Positions 15,968-30,797 of a DNA stretch of 64,000 bases are shown here, one piece after another (position 1 is the stretch's first letter; the number at the start of each line of letters is the position of its first letter). The position numbers were made by a program, and so were the translations under genes. The DNA comes from Utricularia gibba (taxonomy: Eukaryota > Plantae > Magnoliophyta), in contig NEEC01000021.1 in NCBI GenBank assembly GCA_002189035.1, positions 1,178,001 to 1,242,000 of the forward strand, in the 5' to 3' direction. The notes below the pieces were generated by a model that saw only the letters and a program-made list of their open reading frames with translations, made no database searches and was not told the DNA's origin.

Positions 15968-16930
15968 TCAGAAGAAAATCAATGATTTCTTAGGAGCTGT
16001 TCCAGTGGCGCGATACTTGGCGGCTGTCTCTTCAGCTTTCAGGAGATCTTCGCCGCGCTTTGCTTCAACGCCTGCTCTCTTCTCTTCTGCAGCTTTGTGC
16101 ACTAGAGCAATTTTGTTCCTCATTCTCTCTACCCACTCTGCCTTCTTCCTCTCCATCATCTCCTGCAGGCACCCAAAACGAGTTTCAGTCGATCGGAAAG
16201 GAAGGTTAATCCTGATTCGGTATGAATGGATTCCCCAGAAATTGAGGATCAGTGAAGGGTGTGGAAAGAAGCTTGAGGTTATTACCTCGATCTTCTTCAG
16301 CTCTGCCTCCAGCTGCGCCTTCTTGCTGTTTTCCCATGCCCCAATGGAAGATAGTTTCTTCTGAGCTCTGGTGACACCAAACTCGTACGTGTATCAAGAG
16401 GTATGTTAAACAGGATCAGGGGAAGAGGATCTAGAGGAAAAAAACTAACTTGTTTTCAGCTTTCGATTTCTCGCTTTCTTCCCATGCTTTGATCAAAGAG
16501 AGTCTCTTTTCGGTTGCTACTCGAGCAAGAAGAGCATCTGCAAGAAGGAGATGAGCATGATCCGGAATCAAGTTAGGTTTTATAGTCAAATCTGGTACCT
16601 CTGTCTAAGCTCCCATCTGGTTTAGTTCCCTCTGCAGGCTCTTCATGAACAAAGAATCACATAGAGACACATGAGCATAAAAGTAGAAAATATTTCTGCA
16701 TCAGATTCAACAACAGGAAGATTACTTTCCACTATGGTAAGAGCTTTGAGGTCATCCGCAGGCTTCTCCTCCGCCGGGCCTGGAACTATCGTTTCCACCT
16801 CCACATCCTTGGGAGCCTCCAGCTTCGGCTTCGTCTCCGACTCGAGCTCTTTCTCTGGCTCCGGTTCAGGGTCTACTTGCTTTGGCTCCGGCAGGGGCTC
16901 TTGTTTCTTTGAGTGCTCCTCCTCCGCCAT
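15968..16930 (-). CDS. REM: Remorin (group 1 type)
   Basis: 5 exons (16930-16726, 16640-16599, 16537-16450, 16367-16286, 16162-15968). Pro/Glu-rich N-terminus. Motifs IKAWEESEKSKAENK, AWENSKKA, RMRNKIALVHKAAEEKRA..EDLLKAEE.AAKYRATG. Confidence 0.95.
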
Positions 16931-19184
16931 GACCTCTGCGAGATTAGCTATCTTGAGCGGTAAATCTACACAGAAAAGGCGAACACCCAGTTGCAGAGAC
17001 GGTAAAACAATAACTTTTTTGAGGAGTATATAGACAGACTACAGAGAGAGGAAGCAGCAGAAGCAGAGGCAAGACAATTGACAGAGAAGCGCAAGTTGGT
17101 GAGTGAGGTGTTTACTCGAAAAGGCTACTGTAGCGCTCTCGTCATTTACAAGGAATCCTTGGATTCCCCTTTCTGACAAATCGGGTGAACCAGAAACAGA
17201 CACACTCTTAATCCTAAGGCTTCTGCTTTCAAAAGGGCCGGTCTGAAGCAGATGCACCCTGTCCAAATCTTCCGGTTTTGCAACCCGGTCCACCTCACGG
17301 TTCAAACCGGTGGATTTACGGAAGAGAGCCGTTGGGGTTGTCAAAAACACAAGTAGGCATGGGAGGCGTGGTCCATAATTCCCTCGCTGGCAACTTAAAC
17401 CTTTATGCAATGTGGTCCCACCCAGCAAGTACACCAGAGTGCTTTTCGGTAATTTCACAGCTCACAATTTTATTTTTTATTATAAACTATTTTACTCTTC
17501 ACCATTTTTTATTATTTAAATTCATAAAATAGTTTTTTCTTTTATTTCAAGTAAAATCTTTTTTAAAAAATAAGATCCATTTAAAATTTATACCTAAATT
17601 TCCAATGTTATTAATTTGAGAATTAAATATATATCTATTTCCAACTCTGCATTATTTTGGCATCTCATCAACTAGCAAATTATGGGATTTATTTTACTTC
17701 AAAAAAAATAATAGATGCAAATAAAAAAGAGAAAGTAACTATTATTTTCCTTTTTTTATTCCATAATCCAAGATGCATAATTAATAATTATTTAATATTA
17801 ATATATGAGCATGCCACTTTGACCTAGAACATGTACAATTGATTTGGTGGATTAATGGTGAGTTATCTTGTCAAGACTCACTCCCATCCAATTACCTAAT
17901 CGCATTGAATAGTGTGCATAGAATTCAAACACAATCAATAATTGTGCATCCCTCGCATGCCCATCCCCATTTTTTCTAATGTGAAATGCACCCAGTCAAA
18001 CTTGACGGTACGGAAATAGCTTTGAAATGGTATATTGTGATCCTTATATGTTCAAATGAATTGAAAGATGTCACGTTTGGATCGAAATACGACGTCGTAT
18101 GTCATATTTGTTAACATGGAATGCATGCTTGAGGATATGTCTACTTTATGTTTATTTAATCGTATGGACAAATTTTGAAATTAAATTTAAAAAGAACAAA
18201 AATATATATGAAATTTTGCAATTCAATGAAAAAAATCAGAGATATCAATTTTTACTAGTTTCATGAATCACAATTTTATTAATTTGTTTTTAAAGTTTTC
18301 ATTTACATGAAAATACAATTATATGATTATTATTTTTCAATGTCAATAAAAAAAAAGAATAAATTATTAAAATATCAAATAAGTAATAAAATATATAAGC
18401 TCCACATTTTATGGATAGAATTTATATATCCTAATATTTGATGATATCAAATAACATTATTTAATATTCATAAATCCTATTCATGATTTTAATATATTTA
18501 TATAGTGTTTGATAATATAGTATATAAGATTTATACTCAAATTTACATATTAATTATTATTTGATTAATTAGTATATGTATGTCAATCTTATATTATTAT
18601 ATCACTTATGTACTCATTTTTTGAGTATACGAATGTTATAAATAAATAAAAAGAAGTACTAATTATATCTATAACAAGTCATCTTTTTTGAGATGTTTAA
18701 TAATATAATATAGAAGATCTTAATTACATTATATTTAAGCATATTAATAACTTACGAGCTATGGATTTAATAATATCATAAAACACATTTTTGACATTTT
18801 CAATGTTAAATCACTAATTCAAATTTTATAGTTATTTTTATATAGGAGGGAATCTTATGTAGGTGACATTTTTTTTTCAAAATAATTAAGTTAATACTTT
18901 TTAATGATATATATATATATATATTTTTTTTTTCGTGTTTCGTGAATGTGAAGGCAAACAGTGGGTACCACAGAAGTCTTGAAAATTGGACACGATATTT
19001 CCGGAATTGCTGAAACGACCGTTTGTTTGAATTGCGAGAGTTTCTTCTTCGGCTTCCTGCTCCATTCTGCTTCTTTGCATTTTGTCTCCATGGAAGCGTA
19101 CCTTGATTCTGCAGGATGAAGGAGATTGTGAGGATGCAGTGAAAGGTTGTTCGGCTGTTCTGGGGTACGATTTGATTGTTGAGG

Positions 19185-21121
19185 ATGGATGGGATTCGCC
19201 GCCCGCCGCAGATATATCTGCCGGTGGCGATTTTGTTCTTTTTCTCCTCCGCTATTGGAGTGTTTATCTCTTTGCGGTGGTATATCGAGTTCTCCCCCGG
19301 CGTATGTAACTAAACTCTCACTGGCACCGCTCTTTTTTTGTTGGCGTTGTAATTGCATTTCAAATTGCAGATACTGGACAGAATCCCTAGAAAATCGTCG
19401 ATTGCTGCGTCTGTCGTCGGGAAGATACATCGGAACCCCAGAGAGGTCGTTAACATTCCATTGAACTGTAGTTTCAATACACACTCCCGGAGCTGCCCTG
19501 CTTCGTATTACCCGTCGGAAAACATGTTCTTTGGCAAAGACTCGTCGGGGGAGGCGGCGGCGACGTGCCCGGATTATTTCCGGTGGATTCATGAAGATCT
19601 CTGGCCGTGGCGGGAGACCGGGATAACTCGCGAAATGGTGAACAACGCTAGCCGGACGGCGAATTTCCGGCTGGTGATTTTGGGAGGGAAAGCTTACGTG
19701 GTCACTTACAAAAAATCATTCCAAAGTCGAGATACATTCACCTTGTGGGGAATATTGCAGCTGCTGAGGAGATACCCTGGAAGAATCCCGGATTTGGATT
19801 TGATGTTCGATTGTGTGGATTGGCCTGTCATCAAGAAAGAAACCTTCAAGAGGCCGGAGTACAGTGCCCCGCCGGCGTTGTTCAGATACTGCAGCGATAG
19901 CGCCTCCTTTGACATTGTCTTCCCCGACTGGTCATTCTGGGGCTGGTACGTTTTGTACAATAACATTAGTTATATTGATCTCTGTACTGCAATGGAAGCC
20001 ACCTGACGGAGTGGATAAACAGGCCTGAGATCAATATCAAGCCATGGGAGATACTCTCCAAGGAGCTAGAAGAAGGGAATAAACGGAGACAGTGGCTGGA
20101 GAGGGAGCCGTATGCTTACTGGAAGGGCAATCCTGCTGTTGCTGCCACAAGGATGGACTTGCTCAAATGCAATGTCTCTGATAATGTGGACTGGAATGCC
20201 CGCCTCTACAGTCAGGTTAATCCCGATCACCTCGCCTCCTCCGAGCTGAATTCGAGTAGGATTACGACTGCTGATATATGTATGACTTGAGCATTTGCAG
20301 GATTGGCTGAAAGAACAGAGAGATGGCTTCAAGGAATCAGATTTAGCAAGCCAATGCATTCACAGGTTTTGAACAAACCTCCTCTGCTCCATTTACATGG
20401 ATAGCTTTCCTTGAAAAGGACGATTTCTATGTGTCATAGATACAAAATATACATTGAAGGATCAGCTTGGTCTGTGAGTGAGAAGTACATTCTAGCCTGC
20501 AACTCCATGACATTGCTTGTGGAGCCTCGTTACCATGACTTCTTTACCAGAAGCTTGATCCCAATGCAGCACTATTGGCCCATCAAAGATGCCGATAAAT
20601 GCCGATCGATAAGCTACGCCGTCGACTGGGGCAACCAGCATCAACAAGAGGTTGATTCAGGATGCAGGATACAATATACAGTCCCCTTTAGTTTCTCTTC
20701 CAGCTGCATACACACTACACTCCTGCCTAACAAACCTCCTTTTACTCAGGCGCAAGCCATCGGGAAAGCTGGGAGCCGTCTGATTCTGGAGGAGTTGAAG
20801 ATGGGGTACGTCTACGACTACATGTTCCATCTGCTGAGTGAGTACTCGAAGCTGCTGAAATACCGGCCGGAGGTGCCGGAGGGGGCCGTCGAGGTATGCT
20901 CGGAATCAATGGCGTGCGGTGCTGGAGGATTGGAGAAGAAGATGATGGTTGATTCACTGGTAACAGGGCCGAGCATCTCGAATCCTTGCACAATGCCTCC
21001 CCCTCCTTCCCCGGCATCTTTCCATTCTCTTGTTGAAACCAAAAACAGGGGAATGAAGCAAGTTGAAGCCTGGCAGGATGAGTACTGGAATTCACATCCC
21101 AAAGAAGAAACTGGAAGCTAG
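19185..21121 (+). CDS. Glycosyltransferase family 90 / DUF821 (rumi-like) protein
   Basis: 6 exons (19185-19301, 19371-19945, 20023-20215, 20301-20365, 20440-20650, 20750-21121). N-terminal TM segment. Motifs CPDYFRWIHEDL, PDLDLMFDCVDWP, FPDWSFWGW, YKIYIEGSAWSVSEKYILAC. The start codon is less certain. Confidence 0.92.
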
Positions 21122-21581
21122 TCTGTTTGTCTTGTCGTCAGGATTTAATTGATTGTAAAAAGTATTTTATCGGAAATTATGAGTAAATAAAAAATGTGTT
21201 GAATTTGATTTGAAACATTAATATATATTGATATTTTTCATATTAAAATATATAATTTAACAAAATAAATGTATATATAACACACATATTAAAATAAATG
21301 TATTTTTCCATTAGATTTACAGTGTGTATAGTTTCCCGTTCGATCGATAAGTATGTATTTAGAAATATTAAATTCAATATATTTTCAATTCAAACGAAGA
21401 ATTAAAATTGAATAACACACAAATCGATTCTAAAATAAAAAAAATGAAAAGGATTTAATGGGACATAAATTTAATATTTCCGTACGAAATGAGGCATCCC
21501 CAGGAATAAAATAATAAAAATTATATGAATTTCCCCCGTCGCTTTTATTACCTGAATTTGAGACCACCGACCAATCTCCGG

Positions 21582-24005
21582 TTACTGCTGATCGGCGGTG
21601 GCTGGCGCCGTCCAGTACGTTTTCACGGCGAACAGGAGCTTCTGTCTATTGAATGGTCCATCTTCGTGATCGATTATCTGGCTGTCCCAATGTAGCCCGT
21701 CGGCGATTTTCTTCGCCTTCACAAGCACATCCACATCGTCTCTGATGATCAAACTTCCCTCCGGCCGAAGAATTCGATCCATTTCCAGCATCAGATCATC
21801 CATTTCGCACCTGTAACGTACGCCGTGAAATGCTGCTTCCTCAGTTTATTTACCGATTGATCAGTTCAGCTCTTCAGGTTTTGCGGATTTACCTGTCTTT
21901 GTACAGGGTGAAAACTAAATCCGCGTGGATTAGATCGTAGGATCTCGGGTACGTTGACATCGCTTCGCACCTGCAGCGTAGTGCGCCAAGTGTTTGATCA
22001 GTTGACTGAAAGAAGATGTAATATGAACTGCTTGCTGCTCTACTGACTGTTACTTACCAGCTGTGGTAAGTTCCGATCAATCCTCTTTCGTAAATGACGC
22101 CTAATGTGTTGATCTTGGCTTCCATTGGAACTACGTTCATAACCCAGAGTGGATCCTCAGCTAAATTTGCAGCAAATCCACCCAAGAACGCGTTCATGTC
22201 AAGGATGTTTCGGTATCTCCCTGCTTGTCCTAGCTGATTGTTAACTGTCTTATAATATGATACTCTCCTTCCCCATAGCTTCATGTCTTGCGCAAATGCA
22301 TCTGATGTTAATCCCTTTACAGTTCCCTGGGTGATCCGCGGCGGAACTGCCGTCAATCGTTTCGGCCATCTTTCTAGCTCACCACCAGCCACCTCCCGCT
22401 CAGCGGCCACTCTAGGTAAGGGTGTTATACATGGTTCCAAGTTGGTGTACCTGCAACAGAGCATCTAGATATGAACGAATCTCTTCGACGAAGAAACTTT
22501 TGATTGTTTGTTGCAGTTCGACTTACCATGCTTTATCAGGATCTTGACTGGTGCTACATATCGGAGGAAGGTTCTTCATCACTTTCTTGCGCTTATTGCA
22601 CTGTAAGTGATTAAGTGGTTTCTGCCATATGGCAATGTCATCCTTCTCCGCCAGTTTCTTCCAACACAGGCTTTTGGTGACATTCTCAATCTGCAGCTGC
22701 TCAGCGTTGAGATCCTCCCTAGTTCGCTCCCACCCTTTCCAGTACTTCCTCCACCGGATTGGTGGACCGGAGAGGATCCAGTACCCCCAGGCCGCAGAAT
22801 CCGATCAACCTCGATCAAATAGACTCCCCCTGCAAAGTGAAAACGTAAGAGTCTCATCCATCTATGCATATCAATATAACTAACAGACTGTGGCTAAGGT
22901 AGGTACCATATTCCCCCAAGGAATCAGGCACCGGGAGCAATGTGCCATGTCGAAAGCGCGAGACGGGTAGGGGAGCCTTTTCGATGCGATAACTCCGATC
23001 AATGCAGGTACCCCCCGTTCCAAAGCGAACTGAACTTGCGCCTCGTGTGTATCCCTCGGCGCAAATGACATTGTAAGAACGTTTCTGGTTAGTAGGTACG
23101 CTCCCCAGCTTGCAACCTGCAAGATTCAGCATCATTCAATGGTTTGATCTAGCATTCCTTTCCCGAGGAAAGTCAGAAGTACGGGGGGGCTTTCCTACAT
23201 CTGTGAGTAAAAGCATCTGGATTTACTCATAATGGAAGCATAGAACAGTGAAAAAAGAAGTTGCAAATGAAGGAATGGTGATGAGTTATCCCAACTGCTG
23301 CGAATACTGAGAATAAAAGGATATGAAGGAAGGTTACCCCACAGCCGGTATCGATGGCGGTTCTGATGGACCCATCTTTCAAGTTGATCAACTTTCCGAT
23401 GTCATCAATGTAAGAATCAGCCCCATTAGGAAACATGGTCCCGCCGCCGGGGAACCTGAGCCGGTCGCCTTCGAAACGGACCCAATTCTGTACAGCTTTC
23501 TCGACAGTGAGATCTTTGTGAGGTACATTAGAGAACCACACCAGATCCCGGCTCGCCGGCCACCGAAACGGGGTTCTGTATCCGTACGGGGCCGGGATTC
23601 GGCACTTGAGCTTCTCCGCGTTGGCAGGGCAATGCCGCTCCCTGTATATCAAACGCTTTCTGGGGAATTTCAGCGAACGGATGGGGTCCTCACATGGAGT
23701 GTACTCAGAGTACTTGATATCGCACGGGGGATACGATTTGACGGCGGACGAGCCGTCTTCCGAGGCCGAATGGTGGCTGGAGAAGTCCAGATTTGGGATA
23801 CTCCGATTCAGCATTGAGGAGGAGACGCTTCCGCGAAACTGTAAACAGGAGGCGGCGGCCGAGGAGTTGACTGTGACACCCCGCCGCCTTTGCGCCAAAC
23901 TCCAAGGAAGTAGCAGATAGAGCAGAGAGCGGCGGCAAGCGCCAGAGAGCAGAGTCCTGGCATCTTGATGAAGGATGCTCGCGGCGCCGCAGACGGGCTT
24001 CCCAT
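21582..24005 (-). CDS. Probable pectin methyltransferase PMT (SAM-dependent, PMT15/16-like); three apparent frameshifts
   Basis: 6 exons (24005-23338, 23116-22907, 22829-22527, 22450-22058, 21970-21893, 21810-21582). Motifs [61 protein letters not shown]. Confidence 0.92.
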
Positions 24006-25030
24006 TTTCAGAGCTCCGATCGGGATATCAGAAGCAGAAACGAACTTGTGCTACGGTGGAGCCATGAGCATGAGGTAATCAAATCAAACCATAACGACTG
24101 CAAAAACGCTAGTTATATATATAGATATAGCTTCCGTTGCTTAGAACGGGCACAAACGGTGCCGTTTTGGAGGAAGACAGTAAGACTTTTATTTCGACTA
24201 TTTAATTTTCATGAATTTATATTTTTATTATATTAAAAAATTCTTTTACTTAATTATATATTTTTTTCTCGTACGTAATCAAATTTGGAGCTTACCATCC
24301 ATACCTATATTAAGATAAAGATTATTTCAATTTATTATTATATTTTCAAATATTAAAAATGATAATTAATTGAAATTATTTATTCCTAATGGTCTTCTCT
24401 TCACAAGAATATCCTTGAGCCTAGTTGCAAAGTACACACGTAGCCCCGAGTATTGTACTCAGTACAATTATGCGAGACTAAGGATGCGGGGTATTTCAGT
24501 CATTGAGGATGATTAGATTAGGGCTTGGCTAGGAGGTTTAATACATCCTACAGTGGGATAATGACATCCTAAGCAGCGGCACGTACGTAAGAAAACAACT
24601 ACAGTACATTTAAGAGAAGCACATCAAAATCACATATTGGGTTTAATTTTAAATAATAAAAGAAGCACATCAAACATGAATTATAAGTTACAAAGATATA
24701 AAAGAGATCAGGGTAATTAATTTAGGATTAATGTTGTTTAAAATAGAAATATAACATCTCACTTATGATACTACACAGATTATAAGATACAGGGATTCAA
24801 GAAGGGAAACTACTTTACACGGTCATGGAATAAATAACTTTGTGATACACATTTAAGATCAGCAGTGTACTCATTCAGTAGATGGATGCTCAATTTAATG
24901 CAAATCGAAGTGTTGCATATTGCAACTAAATGAGAAGAAAAAACAGGAAAATTAGTCTTTAGCTATTGATCTCTGAAGAGCAATCACCAGTATACAGGGT
25001 TAGAGCAGCAACCTCTTTGTTGGCCTGAGG

Positions 25031-28000
25031 TCAATCCTTCCAGCTGAAGCTCATGTTGTCGTCAAGATCACTGTTAAAGAACATGTTCTCATTGAAGTCA
25101 TCAGAGATGTCAGGAATGAACTCACCCAGTGAATGAAGACTCTGTGACAATTCTGTTGCTTTTTGTCCCATGCCCGCATGATCGACAGGGGGTGCAGGGG
25201 ACTGGCTGCTGGAAGAATTGGGTTTACAGGTGTAGCTTTCATTGGATGGCTGGTCTCCACCAGCAGCAGTTGTGGTCACCGAGGAACCCATGAAGCCACG
25301 GCCACTGGAAGATGCATCCCCACCGGGATTCTGCATGGACATGTTCTCCCGGGGAATGGTTCCCATTCCCATGTTACTCTTTTTCGTCATGTTCTGCAGC
25401 ATTTGTTCAATCATGTGCTGGTGTAGTGCTTGGCTGCTGTGAGAGGCCATAGGTACATTTTGCTGTTGCAAGTTGCTGGAGCTAGGAGAATGCATTTGCT
25501 GAAACTGTGGCTGATTCTGGGGTTGGCAAGCAGGAAACCCACCGAGTTGTGACTTTTGTAAGAGAACACTCGAAGGCCCTGTGCTTGTCCCGAAAGGGGA
25601 AAAGACTTCCCGTGGAGTTGAGCTGTTAGCCAGGTTCAAAGAGTTCTGCCTCACCAGGATATTTTGGTAGTTGTTCAGGGCCAATGCAGCTTGTGCTGTG
25701 CCACTCAAAGCTCCACGGACACCCGCAGGTTGAGTAATATTCATGCGGCTACAGAGATCGGGATGCATAGCGAGGTGTTCCCTGACTTGGTTTGGATCGG
25801 TGGGAAGACCTTGAAGACCAACAATTTGGTCAGTTTCCTGGGACTTTTGTAAAGGAACAGCATGCCCACTAACGCGTCGAGGAAAGTTTTTCAAGCTCTC
25901 TGCAAGAAAAAAAAGTTCAATATTTCACAACTTTCTTCATCTAATGAATTCATACAGTTCTGTTTACACAAACAGAAATCATATTTTGGTGAGCCTAATT
26001 TCAAGGAAAACTATATTATGATCAGGAGACACTTGAAAAATGATGAACCACCTGAAGTGAACATCACTAATTAGCATGATCAAGGTCCTTTAAGTTTTGA
26101 AGATAACTTGAAAAACTATAGCATGGGTATCATCACGAAAATAAGTACCAATTGGGCCTTTTTTCTGTTCTTTGCAGAAATCCATCAAACCTTTCATGCT
26201 GTTCACGACATCAGCAATCTGTCAGAGCAGTGAAATATGAAAAACAACGGCTAAATTGAATAATAAAATTAACGGATAGATTTTGAAATGGGTAAAGCTT
26301 GCCTGCAGGCACCGCACATATCGTTTGGAAAATCCAAGGTCATTTAATGACTGCAATTCCAGACTCCGAGCAAGCTGGCGACCAGCAGAAAGAACCCTGC
26401 AAGAAAAATGCCACGATAACATCACGCTTGAAGCCTCACACATACATGCCAGGTCTGAAGAATTCACATGCAACACATCCACTTTTGAGAATTGGATTGA
26501 AACTTCGGCAACCAAGTCAACCAAGATCTGTCAGGAATATCTTGCTTGTAACAAAATAAGTAAAGATCAGGAGTTCAAAATCGGTGACGTACAAAGCACT
26601 GTTTCCCTGTAAGTTTTTCTGGGGCGCATTGTCAGTTCCACCTTCAGATATTGAACTTTGACATTTCTGTGCGACCTGTAATAGTTGGTTTACCTGCAAA
26701 AGTGGGCCAACCCAGATCTTCAATGCAGTTGATTCAAATAAAGCTACTACGGACCAAGGGAAATTGAAGAGATCAGATCTCATGAGCAAAATGCATGATA
26801 TTTGTACCTGAGGTGCAACCAATCTACGAGGAAGAAGTTCCTCATGAAATCGTGCACAGAACTCCCATGACAGTATCTGTAAAATACAAAAAGTAAGTAC
26901 CAGGGCAGCAATTCAGATAACCATGGGAATGTAGCATTGCGCTGTCGAATTCACCTTCAAATCAGGGGTAAAGATAATGCGAAGATGACCCTCATGAACA
27001 ACCCGAAGTTGCTCATACACACTTTCTTGCCTGGCTTTTGCATATTCAAGCATCATCAACCCAGAAGGAAATCGAGACTCACGAGGCAAGTCCAGAAAAA
27101 GAAACTCATCCAGAACCCCACTAGAAAATTTGATCTCATTAAGTCTAGGAAGCACTTCATATGTTGCCTCTGTTAATATCACGAAACTGAAAAATGTCAG
27201 AAAACCACCAAATAAAACAATTCTTCAATGAGAATTTATTATAAAAGACTAGTAGCTAAAATGTTCCTCAATAGAATGTCATGCCCAAAAATCGCATTGC
27301 ACACAAGGTTCATAAATAGTAAGCAAACATAGCATGACACATGAGCTATAAATATAAAGTGATACAAGAAGCTGTTTGACGGCAATTCTCCCCCAAATGT
27401 TGGGGGAAAGGGGGTGCCGCAGGGTATAATGAAGAATGTAGGGAAACAGACCGAATCCTCTTCCTGATTTGGAGCCGCAGATATCACATTGCCATGTATC
27501 CTGCACAAGAAAAGACAATTCATTAACATTCGAAAATAAAAGGAGGTAAAAGGGCAAGAAGAAAAACGTGAGTCAATTCTGAAGATGCGGAAAATTAAAT
27601 TGATAAAACATTCAGCCATAGAAGTGTAAATCACCATTGATGCTTGCGGGAATGCACCAAGTGAATGATGCCCAACACTATTATACAGAGACAGGCACCA
27701 CCTCTTCTTTGCACGTGGAGAGTAGTACTCGGTCACAAATTTCCTCCAATACTCGATGGAATTTTCCTATAAGGATGCAAGAATTTCGATGATGAGGTAC
27801 TTAAAAACGTAACAAGAAAATCATTTAAAAAAAGTTGAAAGCTTCTCACAGCTGGCCTTTGTCCCTCGTGATACAAATATTGCATTAGTCTACGTGAGCA
27901 TACACCTCCATCATATGGATATGGACGTTTTACAGAAGCTGGAGATGGCTGAGGCATCCCGTGCAACTGAAGCTGCTGCCTTAGCTGCATTTGTTGTTGC

Positions 28001-28758
28001 TGCTGCAATAGCTGAGCACGCTGAAATGGGGTCATAGCCTGGAAAATCTGTTGTTCTTGCTGTCTTAGCCGGTGCTGCTGTATTAGAGCTTGAAATTGCG
28101 GGTGGGTGCCCTGAAGATTTGAAAACTCCTGTCTATTAGATAACTGCTGCAGAACCTGCTGCTGCAAAATATCTTCATGTTTGATATCCAGATGTGGCTT
28201 CTTTTGTAGATGAGAGAAGGCGGTTGCTTCTTGGATATAGGTGTTAGGCAATCTTCGAGCAGCAGGGTGCTGCCCTTGCCCCATGTTCATCAGTGATGTA
28301 GCACAAGAGTTCCCAAAAGGCTGCTGATTTTGATGATGCTGAGAAACAGGGTCTTGATAGCAGGCTTGTTGTACAACAGAGGACACATCCATGATGGAAG
28401 AGCCAGACATGCTAATGTTGTTAGATGAAAATGATAAGGGTGAGGCTGGCAAACGCATGTATGATTCTGTATTACTGCTAGCACTTCTCTGAAGATGAGG
28501 CCCCCCTGAGAGTCCGGAGTTGGCATCCGTTACCAATGAGCTCGCTCCAACACTGGCCCCAGAGCTTGCCATGCTATTCAAAACTCTGTCTTGGCATATG
28601 CTTCCCTGTGCATGTCCATGTAATGTATTCGTCGAGCTCCCAAAATTAGAGCTCAATTGAGAATTTCCAGCAACTTGCGAATTCCCACCTCCTTGAAAAA
28701 AGATACCAGAACTCGATGACGATTGCTGGATCCCTCCGGCAACACGTGATGGCAACAT
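25031..28758 (-). CDS. SLK: SEUSS-like transcriptional co-regulator
   Basis: 9 exons (28758-27850, 27766-27635, 27500-27452, 27169-26955, 26876-26808, 26693-26593, 26396-26303, 26218-26149, 25899-25031). Motifs SSLVTDANSGLSGGPHLQRSAS, YMRLPASP, Q-rich tract, LIM-binding domain YWRKFVTEYYSPRAKKRWCLS, YEQLRVVHEGHLRIIF. Confidence 0.94.
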
Positions 28759-30797
28759 GAGGTCCTACTGATTTTACCTTGGTCCTATTATCAGCCCGGT
28801 TGATTATGTCATCCACATTCTGGAATTCCAAAACCTGCTTCCATGGCACTACACAAAAGTACCAATGTACGAAGAGAAATTAAACAAACCTGCGAGCATA
28901 ACCGAACAAAAAACCCAATCTAGGCAAAACAACTAAACACAGATCCATAGAGAGAAAAAAAAAGCCCACTGCAGACGAATTCAAACCGGACTGAACGACA
29001 TTAGGAAAACCATCTTACTATGATTAAAAGATCCGAATCACACACTGCCAACAAACCCTAACTCAGCATCATCCGGTAACCTTCCAGCTTCACACAAACC
29101 GATCAAGCATCAACCCAAAACATAATCAACTAAAATTCAAACTTAACAAGCAATTACGATTCTCAAGAAATCACCCAGAATTGTATCTTACAAAGAAGAG
29201 ATGATCCAACTACCGACTTAGCATCCAATGCCGAATTCAACGAGAAATCACTCCAAACTGAAGGCGCTAAATATGTGGAAGAAGAAAGCGAGACACGGCA
29301 TGGAAGTCCAGCTGAAGAGAAACTGGAAAAAAGAAAGAAACCGTCCTGACGAGAAACTGAGAGCACGGAATTTTGGGATCGGGGTTTTAAAGGAGCTCTC
29401 CGCTCCGTACTTCTTAACATACATTAAATACTCAATAAAAATGATTTTTATTGAATTAAAAAAAGGAGAATAACAAACTAAATTGGTTCAAAAACGAGAA
29501 AATTGATTCTGATTGGTTTAAATTTTTTTAAGAAAATAAAATAATTATAATTTAAAATATGTGAAATCTTTGTAATAAGAAATATTTCTTTTAATATCTT
29601 TTCTAATTACAATTCAAATTTCTTTTAATATTTTGTAATAAAATATATTTTTAACCGAAACAGCCCCAACATGCCGTCCAAGAAAATGGGCCTGATCCCG
29701 CTCCAGATTGCCACAAACAATTGGGGCCGGATGATCCAGCCCGCTTCCGAAACCCGTACCCGTTTCTCATTTAAATAAATAGTTTTAAATTGGAAGGTAG
29801 TTTGGGCTAACGGATTAAAACAACACCTATTTATTAAATTAATCACTTTGGATTCTTTTATTTCATTTGCAATAAATACATTTATTTGCGGCCAATAATT
29901 TTTGGCATGCCACTCTAGTAAATTTCCATTAATATTTTTAATAAAAGTATTATATTATTAAATACAGATTATTTAAGTTTAGAAAACCTAAATTCAAAAG
30001 TCTTTCTTATTAGAATTTATAAATAATCGTCTTTTTTTTATTAGAATTATTACTCAAAAAGTGTTTCTCAAAAATCGTAATCAAATATAATTTAAGTATT
30101 ACAAAAATAATTTTATCATCAAATACAAACAAATGTTACTTCAAATGGAATAAAAATCTAGAAGTATTTTTATTTTTATAAGTTTTAAAGGGTCAACTTC
30201 TGCTTTGTTAGAAACATTTATCAAATTTTTTTTCAAAAAATAGAATTTAATATATATTAAAATTAATTAATGAGAGAAAGTATTTTTATAATGAAATATA
30301 CCTAAATAAAAATGGATTTTAAAAATATGTGGCACTGGTAATTTACTTTATAACTTTAAATTGCATTATTTGTAAATTTAAAAATATTTTAATATGAATT
30401 TCATTAAAATCCTTTTATTATTGTGTGTTTGTTAATAAATGGATTTTATATTTTTAGATTAATTTCGTAAAATAATAATAGCATTAAATGCATCAACTTC
30501 AACGTAGACGGGAACCCTATCGTCGTTCCACCAACTTTTCTCTTGCATTACCTTTTAACAGAGCGCTAGGTGAAGATGGCGACAGAGAACAACAGCTGGC
30601 CTCTCAGTAATCTCTTGTCTCATTTATTGATTGTGTTTGCTTCTTGTTTGTCATTGTTCGACAGCGATTTCAGTCGCTATTTCTCCCATTCACAACCGAA
30701 AGTTTCAATCTTTCTGGTAAGGGTATCCGGTTCCGCACCCGCCGCCGTGGATTCTTGTGACAGCCAATGAATGGGCGGCTGAAATTTTCAACGGTAG

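Noticed and set aside
18891-23920. Long antisense ORFs (e.g. 18891-19592 minus, 23323-23817 plus)
   Set aside because: They are shadows of GC-rich coding exons on the opposite strand and show no independent motifs.
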